From: Eubacteriales bacterium
Lineage (GTDB): Bacteria > Bacillota > Clostridia > Oscillospirales > QAKW01
NCBI GenBank assembly: GCA_045541455.1
Contig: JAZQJA010000058.1
Coordinates: 115 to 64,114, forward strand
Length of the DNA: 64,000 nucleotides
Reading direction: 5' to 3'
Shown piece by piece: positions 37,454 to 48,083 of this stretch. Each line of letters starts with the position of its first letter. Positions within the stretch are counted from its first letter, which is position 1. The notes under the pieces are model-generated. The model saw only the letters and a list, made by a program, of their open reading frames with translations. It was not told the DNA's origin and made no database searches. A program made the position numbers and the translations under genes.

Positions 37454-37900
37454 ATGAGAGCAGTATGCCAAAGGGTCAGCAATGCCGAATTATTTGTTGA
37501 CAATAAATCTATTTCTAAAATATCAAAAGGTTTTTTGGTATACATAGGATTTAGTGAAGATGATACCGAAAAATCAATAGAAAAATCGCTGAATAAAATA
37601 TGCGGTTTAAGAATTTTTGAAGACGAAAATGATAAACTTAATCTTTCGCTTTCTGATGTTGACGGTGAAATTTTGCTTGTTTCAAATTTTACATTGTATG
37701 GTGATTGTTCTAAAGGCTTTAGACCCTCATTTATTAAAAGTGCAAAGTTTGATGTTGCAAATAAATTGTATGAGTACAGTTTAAACTATATTGAACAAAA
37801 AGGGATAAGTGTAAAACCTTGCGTATTTGGCGGTGATATGTTTATAGAATCTATTGCAGACGGTCCTATAAATATTATAGTTGACAGTGAGGCACTTTAA
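37454..37900 (+). CDS. dtd: D-aminoacyl-tRNA deacylase
   Basis: MRAVCQRV N-terminus, SNFTLYGD and GPINI motifs, 148 aa, in the conserved relA-dtd arrangement. Confidence 0.92.
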   Translation: MRAVCQRVSNAELFVDNKSISKISKGFLVYIGFSEDDTEKSIEKSLNKICGLRIFEDENDKLNLSLSDVDGEILLVSNFTLYGDCSKGFRPSFIKSAKFDVANKLYEYSLNYIEQKGISVKPCVFGGDMFIESIADGPINIIVDSEAL

Positions 37901-38529
37901 TGTTAAAGGTTGAAAAACTCGTTGTAGGTGTTATGCAAAGCAATTGCTATATTCTTTATAATACCGAATCTAAAGCAGCGGTGGTTATTGATGCTGGTGA
38001 TTGTGCTGGCACTATAATTAATAAAGTATTAGAACATAATTTGTTTGTTGAATCGATTATTCTAACTCATGGTCATTTTGATCATATTTTGGCAGTTGAT
38101 GCTCTAAGTAAACGCTTTAATGCCAAAATTATAATAAACAGGAATGATGAAATTTTACTTAAAAATCCAAATTTTAATCTTTCTAGGTCATTTTTGGGTT
38201 ATGACATTATAGTTGAAAGCGATAATTTACATCTAGTAGATGATAATAACACTATTAAATTAATTGGGTATAACTTTAAGTTTATTTCAACCCCTGGACA
38301 CTCTCCGGGTTCAATGTGTATTGCAGTAGAGAATTTCTTGTTTACAGGCGATACGCTCTTTAAAGGTTCAATAGGTAATGAGTTTAAACCTTTTGGTGAT
38401 TTAGCTGTTGAAATTGAATCAATTAAGACAAAATTATTAAAAATTGATAATGATTATATTTGTCTTACCGGCCATGGTGACAGTACAACATTAAATTATG
38501 AGAAGAAAAATAATATTTATATCAGGTGA
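37900..38529 (+). CDS. MBL-fold metallo-hydrolase
   Basis: THGHFDH motif, later TPGHSPG, about 209 aa. Confidence 0.85.
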   Translation: MLKVEKLVVGVMQSNCYILYNTESKAAVVIDAGDCAGTIINKVLEHNLFVESIILTHGHFDHILAVDALSKRFNAKIIINRNDEILLKNPNFNLSRSFLGYDIIVESDNLHLVDDNNTIKLIGYNFKFISTPGHSPGSMCIAVENFLFTGDTLFKGSIGNEFKPFGDLAVEIESIKTKLLKIDNDYICLTGHGDSTTLNYEKKNNIYIR

Positions 38530-38532
38530 TAC

Positions 38533-39987
38533 ATGGATATAAAAGTAACCGGTCATGAATATTTTTATGACATTACCTCAATGTCAATGCTCTTTTTTCC
38601 GGGCGAAAAGACTAACTATGTAAAACGTAGTAATAATGAAACTCATATTATTTCTACTCTTAAAATTATTAATTCAAAATATTTAAGTTTGACCAGAATT
38701 AAATTTAAAGGTAATTGGTATTCAAGTCAAAAAACATGTTCTATAACTTGTGATTCTAAAAACCTCGTCAAACAAACTTTTTATAAAGCTTGTTCAAAAG
38801 CTACCGGTATTTCATCTCCGTGGGGAATTTTAACGGGAATACGCCCACTTAGCGTGTATAAGCGACATTTCTTGAATAGAGAAAATGTTGCAAATATAAT
38901 GAAAAATGAATACTATTTACATGATGACAAAATTGAACTTTTAGATAACATTTTTAAAATTGAAAAGGATTTGCTTAATAGTAATAAAAGCGATGTGAGT
39001 ATTTACATTTCAATTCCGTTTTGTCCCAGTAAATGTAGCTATTGTTCTTTTATAAGTGTTGCTGCAACTAAAACAGGTGACCTTGCAAACAAATATTTTG
39101 ACTTGTTGATTAAAGAAATAAAACTTAAATCTCAATTAATAAAAATTCATAAACTTAATGTAAAATCGCTTTATGTTGGAGGGGGAACACCCGGAACTCT
39201 TGACGAAAATAAAATTGATTTATTGTTGTCCACATTGGATCAAGAGTTTAAATTAAAAACTATAGATGAGTTAACTTTTGAAATAGGCAGACCGGAAACT
39301 ATAACGCATGATAAACTTAAAATTTTAAAGAAATACAATGTAAATCGTATTTGTATAAACACTCAAACAACAAATGATAAAATACTTGCCAGTGTAAATA
39401 GGAAACATAGTGCTAAAATGTATTTTAATGCAGTTAATTTGGCGAAATCAGTTGGCTTTGAAAGTATAAATACTGATTTAATTGCAGGATTACCAAATGA
39501 GGATGTCGACTCATTTATTAAAAGTGTTGATGATGTTATTTCAACAGGAGTTAATAATATTACTATACATACACTTTCAATAAAAAAGTCTGCTGTACTA
39601 AGTGATGAGGGAAAGTATTACAATCCAAGTGATGTAAGAGTTAGGCTTATGCTTGAATCGGCTTATCATAAACTTGCTGCTAACGGCTATGTCCCTTATT
39701 ATATTTACAGGCAAAAAAATTGTGTGTCAAATGGTGAAAATATAGGTTTTTGTAAACCGAATAAATTATGTAAATATAATGTTTATATGATGGAAGATGT
39801 TCATTCTATCATTTCTTGCGGTGCAGGTGCGTCGAGTAAAATTATTAATGGTACTGAGGTGTCTAGGGTTATTAATGTAAAATATCCTATGGAGTATGTT
39901 AATGAATTTTACAAGATTAACAATAATAATATTAAGTTGGATAATATCTTGAAAGCGAAATCTTACAATGAACGAAATAGAAATTAA
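38533..39987 (+). CDS. hemZ: Radical SAM protein, HemN/HemZ-like (oxygen-independent coproporphyrinogen oxidase family)
   Basis: CPSKCSYCSF CxxxCxxC motif, HemN-like downstream blocks, and an extended N-terminal domain as in HemZ. Confidence 0.7.
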   Translation: MDIKVTGHEYFYDITSMSMLFFPGEKTNYVKRSNNETHIISTLKIINSKYLSLTRIKFKGNWYSSQKTCSITCDSKNLVKQTFYKACSKATGISSPWGILTGIRPLSVYKRHFLNRENVANIMKNEYYLHDDKIELLDNIFKIEKDLLNSNKSDVSIYISIPFCPSKCSYCSFISVAATKTGDLANKYFDLLIKEIKLKSQLIKIHKLNVKSLYVGGGTPGTLDENKIDLLLSTLDQEFKLKTIDELTFEIGRPETITHDKLKILKKYNVNRICINTQTTNDKILASVNRKHSAKMYFNAVNLAKSVGFESINTDLIAGLPNEDVDSFIKSVDDVISTGVNNITIHTLSIKKSAVLSDEGKYYNPSDVRVRLMLESAYHKLAANGYVPYYIYRQKNCVSNGENIGFCKPNKLCKYNVYMMEDVHSIISCGAGASSKIINGTEVSRVINVKYPMEYVNEFYKINNNNIKLDNILKAKSYNERNRN

Positions 39988-41950
39988 AAACAAAATTGCA
40001 CAATTAACAGATAAGTTGAATTATCATTCAATTAAATATTATGTTGAAGATTCACCGGAAATTGATGACTATGAATACGATATGCTTATGAGGGAATTGA
40101 AGCAACTAGAAGATAGTTATCCGGAGTTTGTTCTTGAACATTCACCGACTCAAAGAGTAGGTGGTATTGCAGTTGAAGGTTTTAAAGAGGTAATTCACGA
40201 TGTACCTCTTAAAAGTCTTCAAGATGTGTTTTCTTATGATGAATTAGAAGAGTTTGACGAGCGTGTTAGAAAAGTTGACGAAAGTCCTAAATATGCTGTC
40301 GAACTTAAAATTGACGGTTTATCAGTATCACTAGAGTACAAAAATGGTGTATTTGTTCGCGGTGCGACTCGTGGTAGTGGTGAGATAGGAGAGGATGTAA
40401 CTCAAAATCTTAAAACGGTAAATTCAGTACCTTTGAAATTAAATAAAGAAATTGATATTACTGTTCGAGGAGAAGTTTATATGCCTCGATCAAGCTTTGA
40501 AGAACTGAATGATCAAAGAAAGCAAAATGGTGAACAACTTTTTGCCAATCCGAGAAATGCTGCGGCTGGCTCACTTAGACAACTTGACAGCACTGTTACT
40601 TCAAAACGAAAACTTGATATTTTTGTTTTTAATATTCAAAAATGCGAAGATAAATCTTTTGAAACTCATTCACAAAGCTTAGATTACTTAAAATCTCTTG
40701 GTTTTAAGGTAAGTCCTTTTTATACTATTTTTGATACTATAAGTAGTGCTTTTTCTGAAATTGAAAGATTTGATGATATAAGAGATACTCTTGGCTTTGA
40801 TATCGACGGCGCTGTTGTAAAGGTGAATGACTTAACACTGCGTAAAAAACTTGGCGAAACATCAAAGTTTCCCAAATGGGCAGTGGCTTATAAATATCCG
40901 CCCGAACAAAAAACCACAATACTAAAGGATATAATTATCAAAGTTGGTAGAACAGGTGTTTTAACACCTAATGCAGTTCTTGAACCGGTAATTCTGTCGG
41001 GCACAACTGTTTCTAGGGCTACACTTCATAATAAAAACTTTATTAAAGACTTGGATATACGAATCGGTGACACAGTTATAGTTCAAAAAGCAGGTGAAAT
41101 AATACCCGAGATTGTAAGAGTGGACAAAAAAGCACGATTGGGTAGTGAAAAAATATTTGAAATGCCTAAGTATTGCCCGGTGTGCAATACTTTAGTAGTT
41201 TCAGATATTAGTGATGCAATGGTTAGATGTCCAAATGTATTGTGCGAAGCTCAAATCTATCGTAAAATTGAACATTTTGCCTCGAAAGGTGCTATGGATA
41301 TTGAAGGTATGGGTCCATCTGTTACGGTACAACTAATAGATTCCGGATTGATAAAAGATGTTGCTGATTTATATCTTCTTTCAGCAAAATCTCTTGAAAA
41401 ATTAGATGGATTTGGTGAAATATCTTCTTTCAATTTGATAAATTCTATAGAAAAATCAAAGGCCAATGGTCTTGACCGACTTATTTTTGCATTAGGCATT
41501 CGCAATATAGGGCAAAAAGCTGCGAAATTATTAGCTTCACGCTTTAAAACTATAGATAATATAATAAATGCGTCTATTGATGATATTATAGAAATTGAAG
41601 ATTTTGGTGATATTTCAGCTTCTGCTGTTGTTGAATTTTTTTCCAAAGAAAGTAATATTGAACTTATAAATAAACTACGTGATAATGGCGTAAATATGGA
41701 ATATGACGAAATAGTTTTAGATCAAAGATTTTTTGGTAAAACCTTTGTTTTAAGCGGTGGACTTGATTCAATGTCAAGAAGTGAGGCTACTGAAATTATT
41801 GAGTCTTATGGTGGAAAAACTTCCTCATCAGTTTCATCTAAAACAAGTTATTTACTTTTAGGGGATAAGCCCGGAAGCAAACTTGAAAAAGCAAAAAACT
41901 TAGGTGTTGAAATACTTGATGAGCAAACTTTTTTACAAATGATTAAATAA
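39968..41950 (+). CDS. ligA: NAD-dependent DNA ligase
   Basis: KIDGLS adenylation motif, OB fold, Cys4 zinc finger (CPVC...CPNVLC), HhH and BRCT domains. Confidence 0.95.
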   Translation: MNEIEIKNKIAQLTDKLNYHSIKYYVEDSPEIDDYEYDMLMRELKQLEDSYPEFVLEHSPTQRVGGIAVEGFKEVIHDVPLKSLQDVFSYDELEEFDERVRKVDESPKYAVELKIDGLSVSLEYKNGVFVRGATRGSGEIGEDVTQNLKTVNSVPLKLNKEIDITVRGEVYMPRSSFEELNDQRKQNGEQLFANPRNAAAGSLRQLDSTVTSKRKLDIFVFNIQKCEDKSFETHSQSLDYLKSLGFKVSPFYTIFDTISSAFSEIERFDDIRDTLGFDIDGAVVKVNDLTLRKKLGETSKFPKWAVAYKYPPEQKTTILKDIIIKVGRTGVLTPNAVLEPVILSGTTVSRATLHNKNFIKDLDIRIGDTVIVQKAGEIIPEIVRVDKKARLGSEKIFEMPKYCPVCNTLVVSDISDAMVRCPNVLCEAQIYRKIEHFASKGAMDIEGMGPSVTVQLIDSGLIKDVADLYLLSAKSLEKLDGFGEISSFNLINSIEKSKANGLDRLIFALGIRNIGQKAAKLLASRFKTIDNIINASIDDIIEIEDFGDISASAVVEFFSKESNIELINKLRDNGVNMEYDEIVLDQRFFGKTFVLSGGLDSMSRSEATEIIESYGGKTSSSVSSKTSYLLLGDKPGSKLEKAKNLGVEILDEQTFLQMIK

Positions 41951-41980
41951 AACTGCACATTTGTGCAGTTTTATTTTTTT
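41951..41980 (+). terminator. Intrinsic terminator after ligA
   Basis: aactgcaca-ttt-gtgcagtt followed by a T-run. Confidence 0.75.
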
Positions 41981-42044
41981 GTTCTAAACATATAGGTTGT
42001 CTAATACTATTTAACATAGGACAACTATTGAAAGGAAAAATCAA

Positions 42045-42992
42045 ATGAAAAATTTTAAGTGGAAAGATGATATATACCCTCATTTACAAACAGATATTAA
42101 ATCTGCCATAAATAAATTACCTTGCGGTGTTTTAAGTAATTTAACTGAAATCAGAGTAAGAAGTAATGGGATTGTCAGCGTAAGTCAAGGAAATAAAAAT
42201 GTGATTTTATGTGATGATAATAAAAGACCTATAAATACAACAAAAGAGGATTGCGAAAGTATATTCACATCTATTTGTGGTGGTACTGTTTACAAGTATG
42301 AAAATCAAATCAGATACGGATACATAACTATTAGCGGGGGTCATAGAGTGGGTTTTTGCGGCACTGCAGTTTATGATGGAAATAAATTAATATCAATTAA
42401 GGATATTTCATCTATTGCTTTTAGGATTTCAAGAGAAATTAAAAATGCTGCACGAGAAATAATAGGTAATCTTGTTTCTGATGATAAAATTTATTCAGCT
42501 TTGATTGTTAGTGAGCCTTGTGGTGGAAAAACAACTATATTAAGTGATTTAGCAAGACTGATGTCAAATATGGGTAAACGATGTGCTGTTGTTGATGAAC
42601 GCGGTGAAATTTGTTCGGTTTTTAATGGGGTACCGCAAAAGGATATAGGAAACTTGACAGATGTACTAAGCGGATATAACAAAAGTGATGGTATGTTATC
42701 AGCTTTGAGATGCTTGTCTCCACAATTAATAATATGTGATGAAATTGGTTCACAACAAGATGCAGATGCAATGCTAGAAGCAATGAATGCCGGTGTGCCT
42801 GTTGTGGCAACTGCTCATGCTTCATGCGAAGATGAATTAATTTCGCGTCCACAAATCGAAAGATTAATTGATTACGGTGCTGTAGATAAAATTTTCTTTT
42901 TAAAGGGCAGCTCGGCACCTGGAATTGTTAGAAAGGTTATTAACGTTAATAGATATGATGAAGATAGTTGGGATAGCGATGATTGCGATTAG
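42045..42992 (+). CDS. spoIIIAA: Stage III sporulation protein AA (ATPase)
   Basis: Walker A EPCGGKTT, ICDEIG Walker B, and first position in an eight-gene spoIIIA-type operon. Confidence 0.88.
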   Translation: MKNFKWKDDIYPHLQTDIKSAINKLPCGVLSNLTEIRVRSNGIVSVSQGNKNVILCDDNKRPINTTKEDCESIFTSICGGTVYKYENQIRYGYITISGGHRVGFCGTAVYDGNKLISIKDISSIAFRISREIKNAAREIIGNLVSDDKIYSALIVSEPCGGKTTILSDLARLMSNMGKRCAVVDERGEICSVFNGVPQKDIGNLTDVLSGYNKSDGMLSALRCLSPQLIICDEIGSQQDADAMLEAMNAGVPVVATAHASCEDELISRPQIERLIDYGAVDKIFFLKGSSAPGIVRKVINVNRYDEDSWDSDDCD

Positions 42993-43443
42993 CACAATCG
43001 TTGTTGGTTTTATTTACTACGATAAGTATAAACGCCGAGTTGATTCGTTGCACAAATTTGTTAAACTGTTATCTTGTTATAAATTTGAACTAAAGTGGAG
43101 CAGAAAAGATATAAAAGATGTTTTGAAAATATTCAAAGACGATAAATATATTGATGAGGTAAAAACATTAATATATGAATGTGATCTATGTGAATCTTTT
43201 ATAAAGAAAAATCAACTTTTTAAATATTTAGAATTGAACAAAGAAGATGAAAACATTATTGTTAATTTTTTAACCGATACAGGTAAAGGTAACTTTGAAA
43301 CTGAATATGCTTTATGTTGTAAAACGCTTGAATGCTTGGAGAAAAGACAAGAGGAGGCAGCCGCACAGTTTAAAAAACTCGGACCGCTTTATTTAAAGTT
43401 AGGAATAGTATGTGCTGTAGGGCTTTTTATAATGCTGATATAA
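42955..43443 (+). CDS. spoIIIAB: Stage III sporulation protein AB
   Basis: N- and C-terminal TM helices, about 160 aa, operon position. The start at MMKIVG is an internal ATG of the tracked ORF. Confidence 0.8.
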   Translation: MMKIVGIAMIAISTIVVGFIYYDKYKRRVDSLHKFVKLLSCYKFELKWSRKDIKDVLKIFKDDKYIDEVKTLIYECDLCESFIKKNQLFKYLELNKEDENIIVNFLTDTGKGNFETEYALCCKTLECLEKRQEEAAAQFKKLGPLYLKLGIVCAVGLFIMLI

Positions 43444-43638
43444 ATGGAAACACAAATGATTTTTAAAATAGCTGGCATAGGTATACTTGTGACAGTGATT
43501 AATATGATACTTACTAAAGCAGGGCGTGACGAATATGCCATGCTTACTACTCTTACAGGAATAATTGTTGTTGTTTTAATGTTACTTGAAGATATAAAAA
43601 AACTATTTGTAGCATTAGAAAATCTATTTGGTATATAA
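43444..43638 (+). CDS. spoIIIAC: Stage III sporulation protein AC
   Basis: 64-aa two-TM protein, KIAGIGILV...LTKAGRDE conserved block, operon position. Confidence 0.85.
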   Translation: METQMIFKIAGIGILVTVINMILTKAGRDEYAMLTTLTGIIVVVLMLLEDIKKLFVALENLFGI

Positions 43639-43639
43639 A

Positions 43640-44026
43640 ATGATTAAACTCTTATTAATTATTATTTGCACACTGTTTATTTGCGTGATTTTGAAATCAG
43701 TTAAGAGTAACATGTCTGTATTTGCGGTGATATCAGCAACAATAATTGCAGCTTTTTTTACTTGCACACAGCTTGAAAGTGTACTTGTGTTTATAAACAA
43801 ACTTTCTGATATTGCAGGTGTTGAATCTGAATATATTAATGTTATTTTAAAAACAATCGGTATTTGTATACTTGGTGATTTTACATCCGGTTTATGTAAA
43901 GATTGCGGAGAAAATACACTTGCTTTTAATGCTGAGTTTATATGTAAATGCAGCATTATAGTCATTGCAATACCCTTATATTCCGATTTAATGGATATGA
44001 TTATAAAACTATGGAAAAGTGCTTAA
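43640..44026 (+). CDS. spoIIIAD: Stage III sporulation protein AD
   Basis: About 128-aa polytopic membrane protein in the expected operon position. The ATG at 43640 lies just after the spoIIIAC stop. Confidence 0.8.
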   Translation: MIKLLLIIICTLFICVILKSVKSNMSVFAVISATIIAAFFTCTQLESVLVFINKLSDIAGVESEYINVILKTIGICILGDFTSGLCKDCGENTLAFNAEFICKCSIIVIAIPLYSDLMDMIIKLWKSA

Positions 44027-45084
44027 AAACAGTAATAATAACCGTTGTATTTATGTTACTCCCGTGCTTTTGTTATGCTGACACCGGAGAATTAATTAAT
44101 GATTTTATTAATGATTTACCTGAACAAATTGATATTGACAATCAAGATCAAATAGATGATTTAATTAATATAGAAGAGATTTTTAGGTTTATAATTAAAA
44201 CCGCTTCGTCTTTTGCGTCAGAGTGCGGAGAATTATTGTTGGGCCTTGTGTGTCTTGTTTTATTATTTTCACTTTTGGATTCTTTAGGAATTAAAAATGA
44301 TAAACTCTTATCTGACATAGCAAATCCTGTAGTGTCAATTTGCGTGTTATCAATGGGGTTCACAATTTTGATGAGCCAATACAGTATCATTCAAAGCTCA
44401 ATTGAATCGATGAAGGTTTTTTCATCATCATCAGTTGTAGCTATAACTGCTCTTTGCATTTCCAGCGGTCAGTCTTTTTCATCTGCAGTTTTTTCATCGG
44501 TGTTGTCTTTTGGAATATCAATTTTTGAAATGATTGCGGACAATTTTTTATTGCCGCTTATACTTATATTTACATCTTTCGGAGTAATATGCAATATAAC
44601 AGATAAGTTCAATTTAATTGCGGTAAATGATTACATCAAAAAGTTCATAAAATGGTCTATAAGTTTTTTGATTGGTATATTTACACTGTCTATATCATTT
44701 CAATCCTTTCTTGCAAAAGCCTCCGATAATATAGCCAAGAAAACTATAAAGACTGCTGTAGGAAGTTTTATACCTATTGTTGGCTCAAGCCTTTCAGGAA
44801 GTATTGACAGTTTATTTGCTTTAGCAAACGGTACTAAAACAAGTATAGCAATTATTGGAGCGCTTTCAATAGTTGTTGTTTTTTTACCGTCGGTTATAGG
44901 ATGTATCTGCTATGCAGCAGTATTTGTGATTTCAAAGGTCATAGCGACGTTTTTTAATCTTACATCTATCATTAAAATTTTTTCGGCTTTAAGTGATGCA
45001 TTTTTTATTTTGGCAGCAGTTTGTAGCTTTGGTATTTTTATGGTAATTGCAGCTTATTTATTGATTTGTATAAATATTATTTGA
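44011..45084 (+). CDS. spoIIIAE: Stage III sporulation protein AE
   Basis: Signal-like N-terminus followed by multiple TM segments, about 357 aa, operon position. Confidence 0.8.
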   Translation: MEKCLKTVIITVVFMLLPCFCYADTGELINDFINDLPEQIDIDNQDQIDDLINIEEIFRFIIKTASSFASECGELLLGLVCLVLLFSLLDSLGIKNDKLLSDIANPVVSICVLSMGFTILMSQYSIIQSSIESMKVFSSSSVVAITALCISSGQSFSSAVFSSVLSFGISIFEMIADNFLLPLILIFTSFGVICNITDKFNLIAVNDYIKKFIKWSISFLIGIFTLSISFQSFLAKASDNIAKKTIKTAVGSFIPIVGSSLSGSIDSLFALANGTKTSIAIIGALSIVVVFLPSVIGCICYAAVFVISKVIATFFNLTSIIKIFSALSDAFFILAAVCSFGIFMVIAAYLLICINII

Positions 45085-45085
45085 T

Positions 45086-45535
45086 ATGAATGAATTTTTT
45101 GAGTTTACGATTAATATATATGTTTTGGCAGTCATATGTTGTATAGGTGTTTCGATTGTAAAAGGTAGTAATTTTGAAAAATACTTCAAAACACTTATTT
45201 CTGCATTTTTACTTATATCTGTAGTTACATTGATCTCAAAATTTAATTTTAAAAGCGTAAAATCTTACACATTTGAAAATTATAGTGTAAATTATAATGA
45301 AACCTGGGATATAGTTTTAAGCCAACTAGAATCCGAATTAAAACAAAAAATGTTACAGTTTTGTTTTGATAACGGAATAGAAATGGTTGATTTAGATATA
45401 AATCTTAAAACTGACTATTCAAGTATTGAAATTGATACAATAACAATTTATGGTCGTGATTGTTTAGCAGCCAAAAATTTGATTTCCGGATATTATAGAA
45501 TAGGAAAGGATAGTATTGTTATAAGCGGAGAGTAA
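45086..45535 (+). CDS. spoIIIAF: Stage III sporulation protein AF
   Basis: Two N-terminal TM helices plus a soluble domain, operon position. Confidence 0.75.
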   Translation: MNEFFEFTINIYVLAVICCIGVSIVKGSNFEKYFKTLISAFLLISVVTLISKFNFKSVKSYTFENYSVNYNETWDIVLSQLESELKQKMLQFCFDNGIEMVDLDINLKTDYSSIEIDTITIYGRDCLAAKNLISGYYRIGKDSIVISGE

Positions 45536-45538
45536 ATT

Positions 45539-46039
45539 ATGGAATTTATTTTGAAAAATAAGAAATTGGTGGCCGTTATAACAGCTTTAGTAGGTGTCGC
45601 TTTTATTGCGTTTTCATCTTTTGCTTCAAATTCTACTATTAAAAAATCAAAAGAATTTGATCAAGATGAGTATATTACACAATTGGAAAGCAGAATAACT
45701 GATTTGGTATCAACTATTGATGGTGCAGGTAAATGTAAAGTTATGATTAATATTATTTCGGGTACGGAATCAGTTTATGTTAAAGAGAGCAAAAAGTCGT
45801 ATGACAGCAGTGATGAACGTAGTGAAGAACAAAGTGAAGACAGTGTTGTTACCATGGTTGATTCAAGTGGTAATGAGTATGCGGTAATAACTAAACAGTT
45901 AATGCCTGCAATTGGTGGAGTTACAGTAGCCTGTGATGGCGGCAATAATACATATGTCAAAAGTTTGGTCATTGATGCCGTTTCAACTGTATTGGGGATA
46001 GGTTCAAATAAGGTGTGCGTAATTGCAAAAGCAAATTAA
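45539..46039 (+). CDS. spoIIIAG: Stage III sporulation protein AG
   Basis: One N-terminal TM helix. The C-terminal GGVTVACDGG ring-building motif region is typical of SpoIIIAG. Confidence 0.8.
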   Translation: MEFILKNKKLVAVITALVGVAFIAFSSFASNSTIKKSKEFDQDEYITQLESRITDLVSTIDGAGKCKVMINIISGTESVYVKESKKSYDSSDERSEEQSEDSVVTMVDSSGNEYAVITKQLMPAIGGVTVACDGGNNTYVKSLVIDAVSTVLGIGSNKVCVIAKAN

Positions 46040-46058
46040 ATACTCAAGGAGAATAACT

Positions 46059-46634
46059 ATGAAAATTAATAAAAAACAACTTGTGATGTTATCATTATCG
46101 TTGGTAGTATGTGTAGCCGTGTATCTAAATTGGCGCTTTTTACAGGATGGTGAATATAAAAGTGATACTGTTAGTGGTACATATGATACAGTAGATACAA
46201 CAAAGGAAAATGAAAAGTTAGAAAATGGAGAAGACAATAAAATTCTCGGTGAAGCTCAATATGTTTCATCTGCAGGGTCAAGTGTAGATGAATATTTTAC
46301 AAATTCAAGACTTACCAGAAAGCAATCAAAAGATGAAGCTATAGAATTACTTAATACTGTTGTTAGCAACGAGTCTTCGAGTGCTGAGTCGGTAGCAAAG
46401 GCAAATGCTGAAATATCGGCATTAGCAGCTGAAACAGAATTAGAAGGCACGGTGGAAAGTTTAATTAAAGCAAAAGGTTTTGAAGATTGCGTTGTTTTCA
46501 TAAGTTCTGATTTAGTTAATGTGGTGGTAAAAACTGAAGGATTAACACCAGAACAAGCAGCGCAGATTAATGAAATTGTGGTTAGTCAAACAGATATATC
46601 TGTCTCAAATATAAAAATTGTTGAAGTAAAATAA
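46059..46634 (+). CDS. spoIIIAH: Stage III sporulation protein AH
   Basis: The ATG at 46059 follows aggag. N-terminal TM helix and a C-terminal YscJ/FliF-like domain. Last gene of the operon. Confidence 0.8.
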   Translation: MKINKKQLVMLSLSLVVCVAVYLNWRFLQDGEYKSDTVSGTYDTVDTTKENEKLENGEDNKILGEAQYVSSAGSSVDEYFTNSRLTRKQSKDEAIELLNTVVSNESSSAESVAKANAEISALAAETELEGTVESLIKAKGFEDCVVFISSDLVNVVVKTEGLTPEQAAQINEIVVSQTDISVSNIKIVEVK

Positions 46635-46711
46635 CAAAAAACTATTTATTTTTTGTTAATATATGATATAATAGCATTATAAGTACGAAAATATTAAAGG
46701 AGAATACTATT

Positions 46712-47077
46712 ATGTCAGCTAATGATGTTTCCAATATTCAAATTTCAAATGATGTTGTATCAACTATAGCAGGTGTTGCAGCGATGGAAGTTGATGGTGT
46801 TTCTTCACTTGTTTCTTCTCTTTCGTCTAACATCAAAGAATTGATCTATAAAAAAAGTGCCGGTAAGGGCGTTGATGTTCAGGTTTTAGAGGATGGTGCA
46901 GTTTCTATCACTGTTAATATGATTGTTAAGTATAATTACAAAATTCAAGATGTTGCGCTTAATGTTCAAAACCAAATTATACGTGCTGTATCTGATATGA
47001 CTAACTTTAATGTATCAGAAGTTAATATTAATGTTTTAGGTGTTAATATTCCTAAAGAAGAAAAGGAAAACAAATAA
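46712..47077 (+). CDS. Asp23/Gls24-family alkaline shock protein (YqhY-like)
   Basis: ISNDVVSTIAGVAAMEVDGV Asp23 signature. Same position downstream of spoIIIA as B. subtilis yqhY. Confidence 0.85.
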   Translation: MSANDVSNIQISNDVVSTIAGVAAMEVDGVSSLVSSLSSNIKELIYKKSAGKGVDVQVLEDGAVSITVNMIVKYNYKIQDVALNVQNQIIRAVSDMTNFNVSEVNINVLGVNIPKEEKENK

Positions 47078-47081
47078 ATAT

Positions 47082-47112
47082 AAAAAGCATATTGCATTGC
47101 AATATGCTTTTT
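47082..47112 (+). terminator. Intrinsic terminator after the asp23-like gene
   Basis: aaaaagcatattgca/tgcaatatgcttttt palindromic hairpin. Confidence 0.65.
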
Positions 47113-47121
47113 ATATTTATT

Positions 47122-47153
47122 AAAAAAGACCGGTATTTCACCGGTCTTTTTTT
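47122..47153. terminator. Bidirectional terminator (serves secF on the minus strand)
   Basis: aaaaaagaccgg-tatttca-ccggtcttttttt. Confidence 0.7.
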
Positions 47154-47156
47154 AGT

Positions 47157-48083
47157 TTATTTTGCGTTTTTCTTATCTGCAATTTTTTGCCATGTTACCC
47201 AGAGGGTACCCGGAAGGGTGATTGATGAGTAACAACCTGAAATAATACCAACCATCATAGGAAGTGCAAAGTTTGCAACAGAAGTTAATCCGTTGATTAA
47301 TGCAAATATAAATACAAGAGCAATAGCACAACCTGACATAAGTGAAGTGTTTATAGTTCTTTTTAAGCATTGATTAATGCTTGTATCTGCAATTTCAACT
47401 ATTGACATTTTGTTTGAATATAACCGTTTGTTATATCTGATTTTATCATAAATAACTATTGTATCGTTTACCGAATAACCAAGAATGGTAAGGATTACTG
47501 CAACAAAACCATCGTTTATCGGAATGCCAAAAATTACAAATGTAAAGAAAACAAGCAGTAAGTCATGGAAAAGAGCTAATAATGCTGTAAGTGCAGCAGA
47601 AAAACCTGAGATAATTTTAAATCTGAATGTTACATACACAACAATCAATACCATTGCGATTGCCATAGCAAGCAAACCATTTTTGAAAAATCGTTTGCCT
47701 ATGTATGGATCAACACTTATTGATTCTGCAAGTTCAATTTTGTTATCTGTAAATTTTTCTGAAAGTTTTGATGAGATAGACTCCAATTGATCAGTTGTGA
47801 GAGAAGATGTGCCGCCAATACTGATTACAACTGTTTTAAGGCTTGCATCATCGCTAACAGCTGTTTGCGATTGTGCGGTAGCTGTTTTTCCTAAAACTTC
47901 GGAAACACTTTTTTCAACTTCGGTAAGTGATATGTCACCTGTATAATTGTATGAGAGTTTTGTTCCGCCGCTGAATTGAATATCAAGTGTAACACCCTTA
48001 ACTACCAGTGAAACAATACCTAATATCATAAGGCAAAGTGAAATGATGTAAAACCATTTTCTGTTTTTATAAAAGCTAAACAT
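47157..48083 (-). CDS. secF: Protein translocase subunit SecF
   Basis: 308 aa, six TM segments, IQFSGGT and DTIVIYDKIR-type SecF blocks. Confidence 0.92.
   Translation of the reverse strand: MFSFYKNRKWFYIISLCLMILGIVSLVVKGVTLDIQFSGGTKLSYNYTGDISLTEVEKSVSEVLGKTATAQSQTAVSDDASLKTVVISIGGTSSLTTDQLESISSKLSEKFTDNKIELAESISVDPYIGKRFFKNGLLAMAIAMVLIVVYVTFRFKIISGFSAALTALLALFHDLLLVFFTFVIFGIPINDGFVAVILTILGYSVNDTIVIYDKIRYNKRLYSNKMSIVEIADTSINQCLKRTINTSLMSGCAIALVFIFALINGLTSVANFALPMMVGIISGCYSSITLPGTLWVTWQKIADKKNAK

Noticed and set aside
41981-42044. Attempt to assign a sigma-E promoter upstream of spoIIIAA (CATATAGG and CATAGGAC as -10-like elements)
   Set aside because: The matches to the CATACAnT consensus are partial, and the spacing to any -35-like ATATT element did not fit. 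A call cannot be supported without TSS data.
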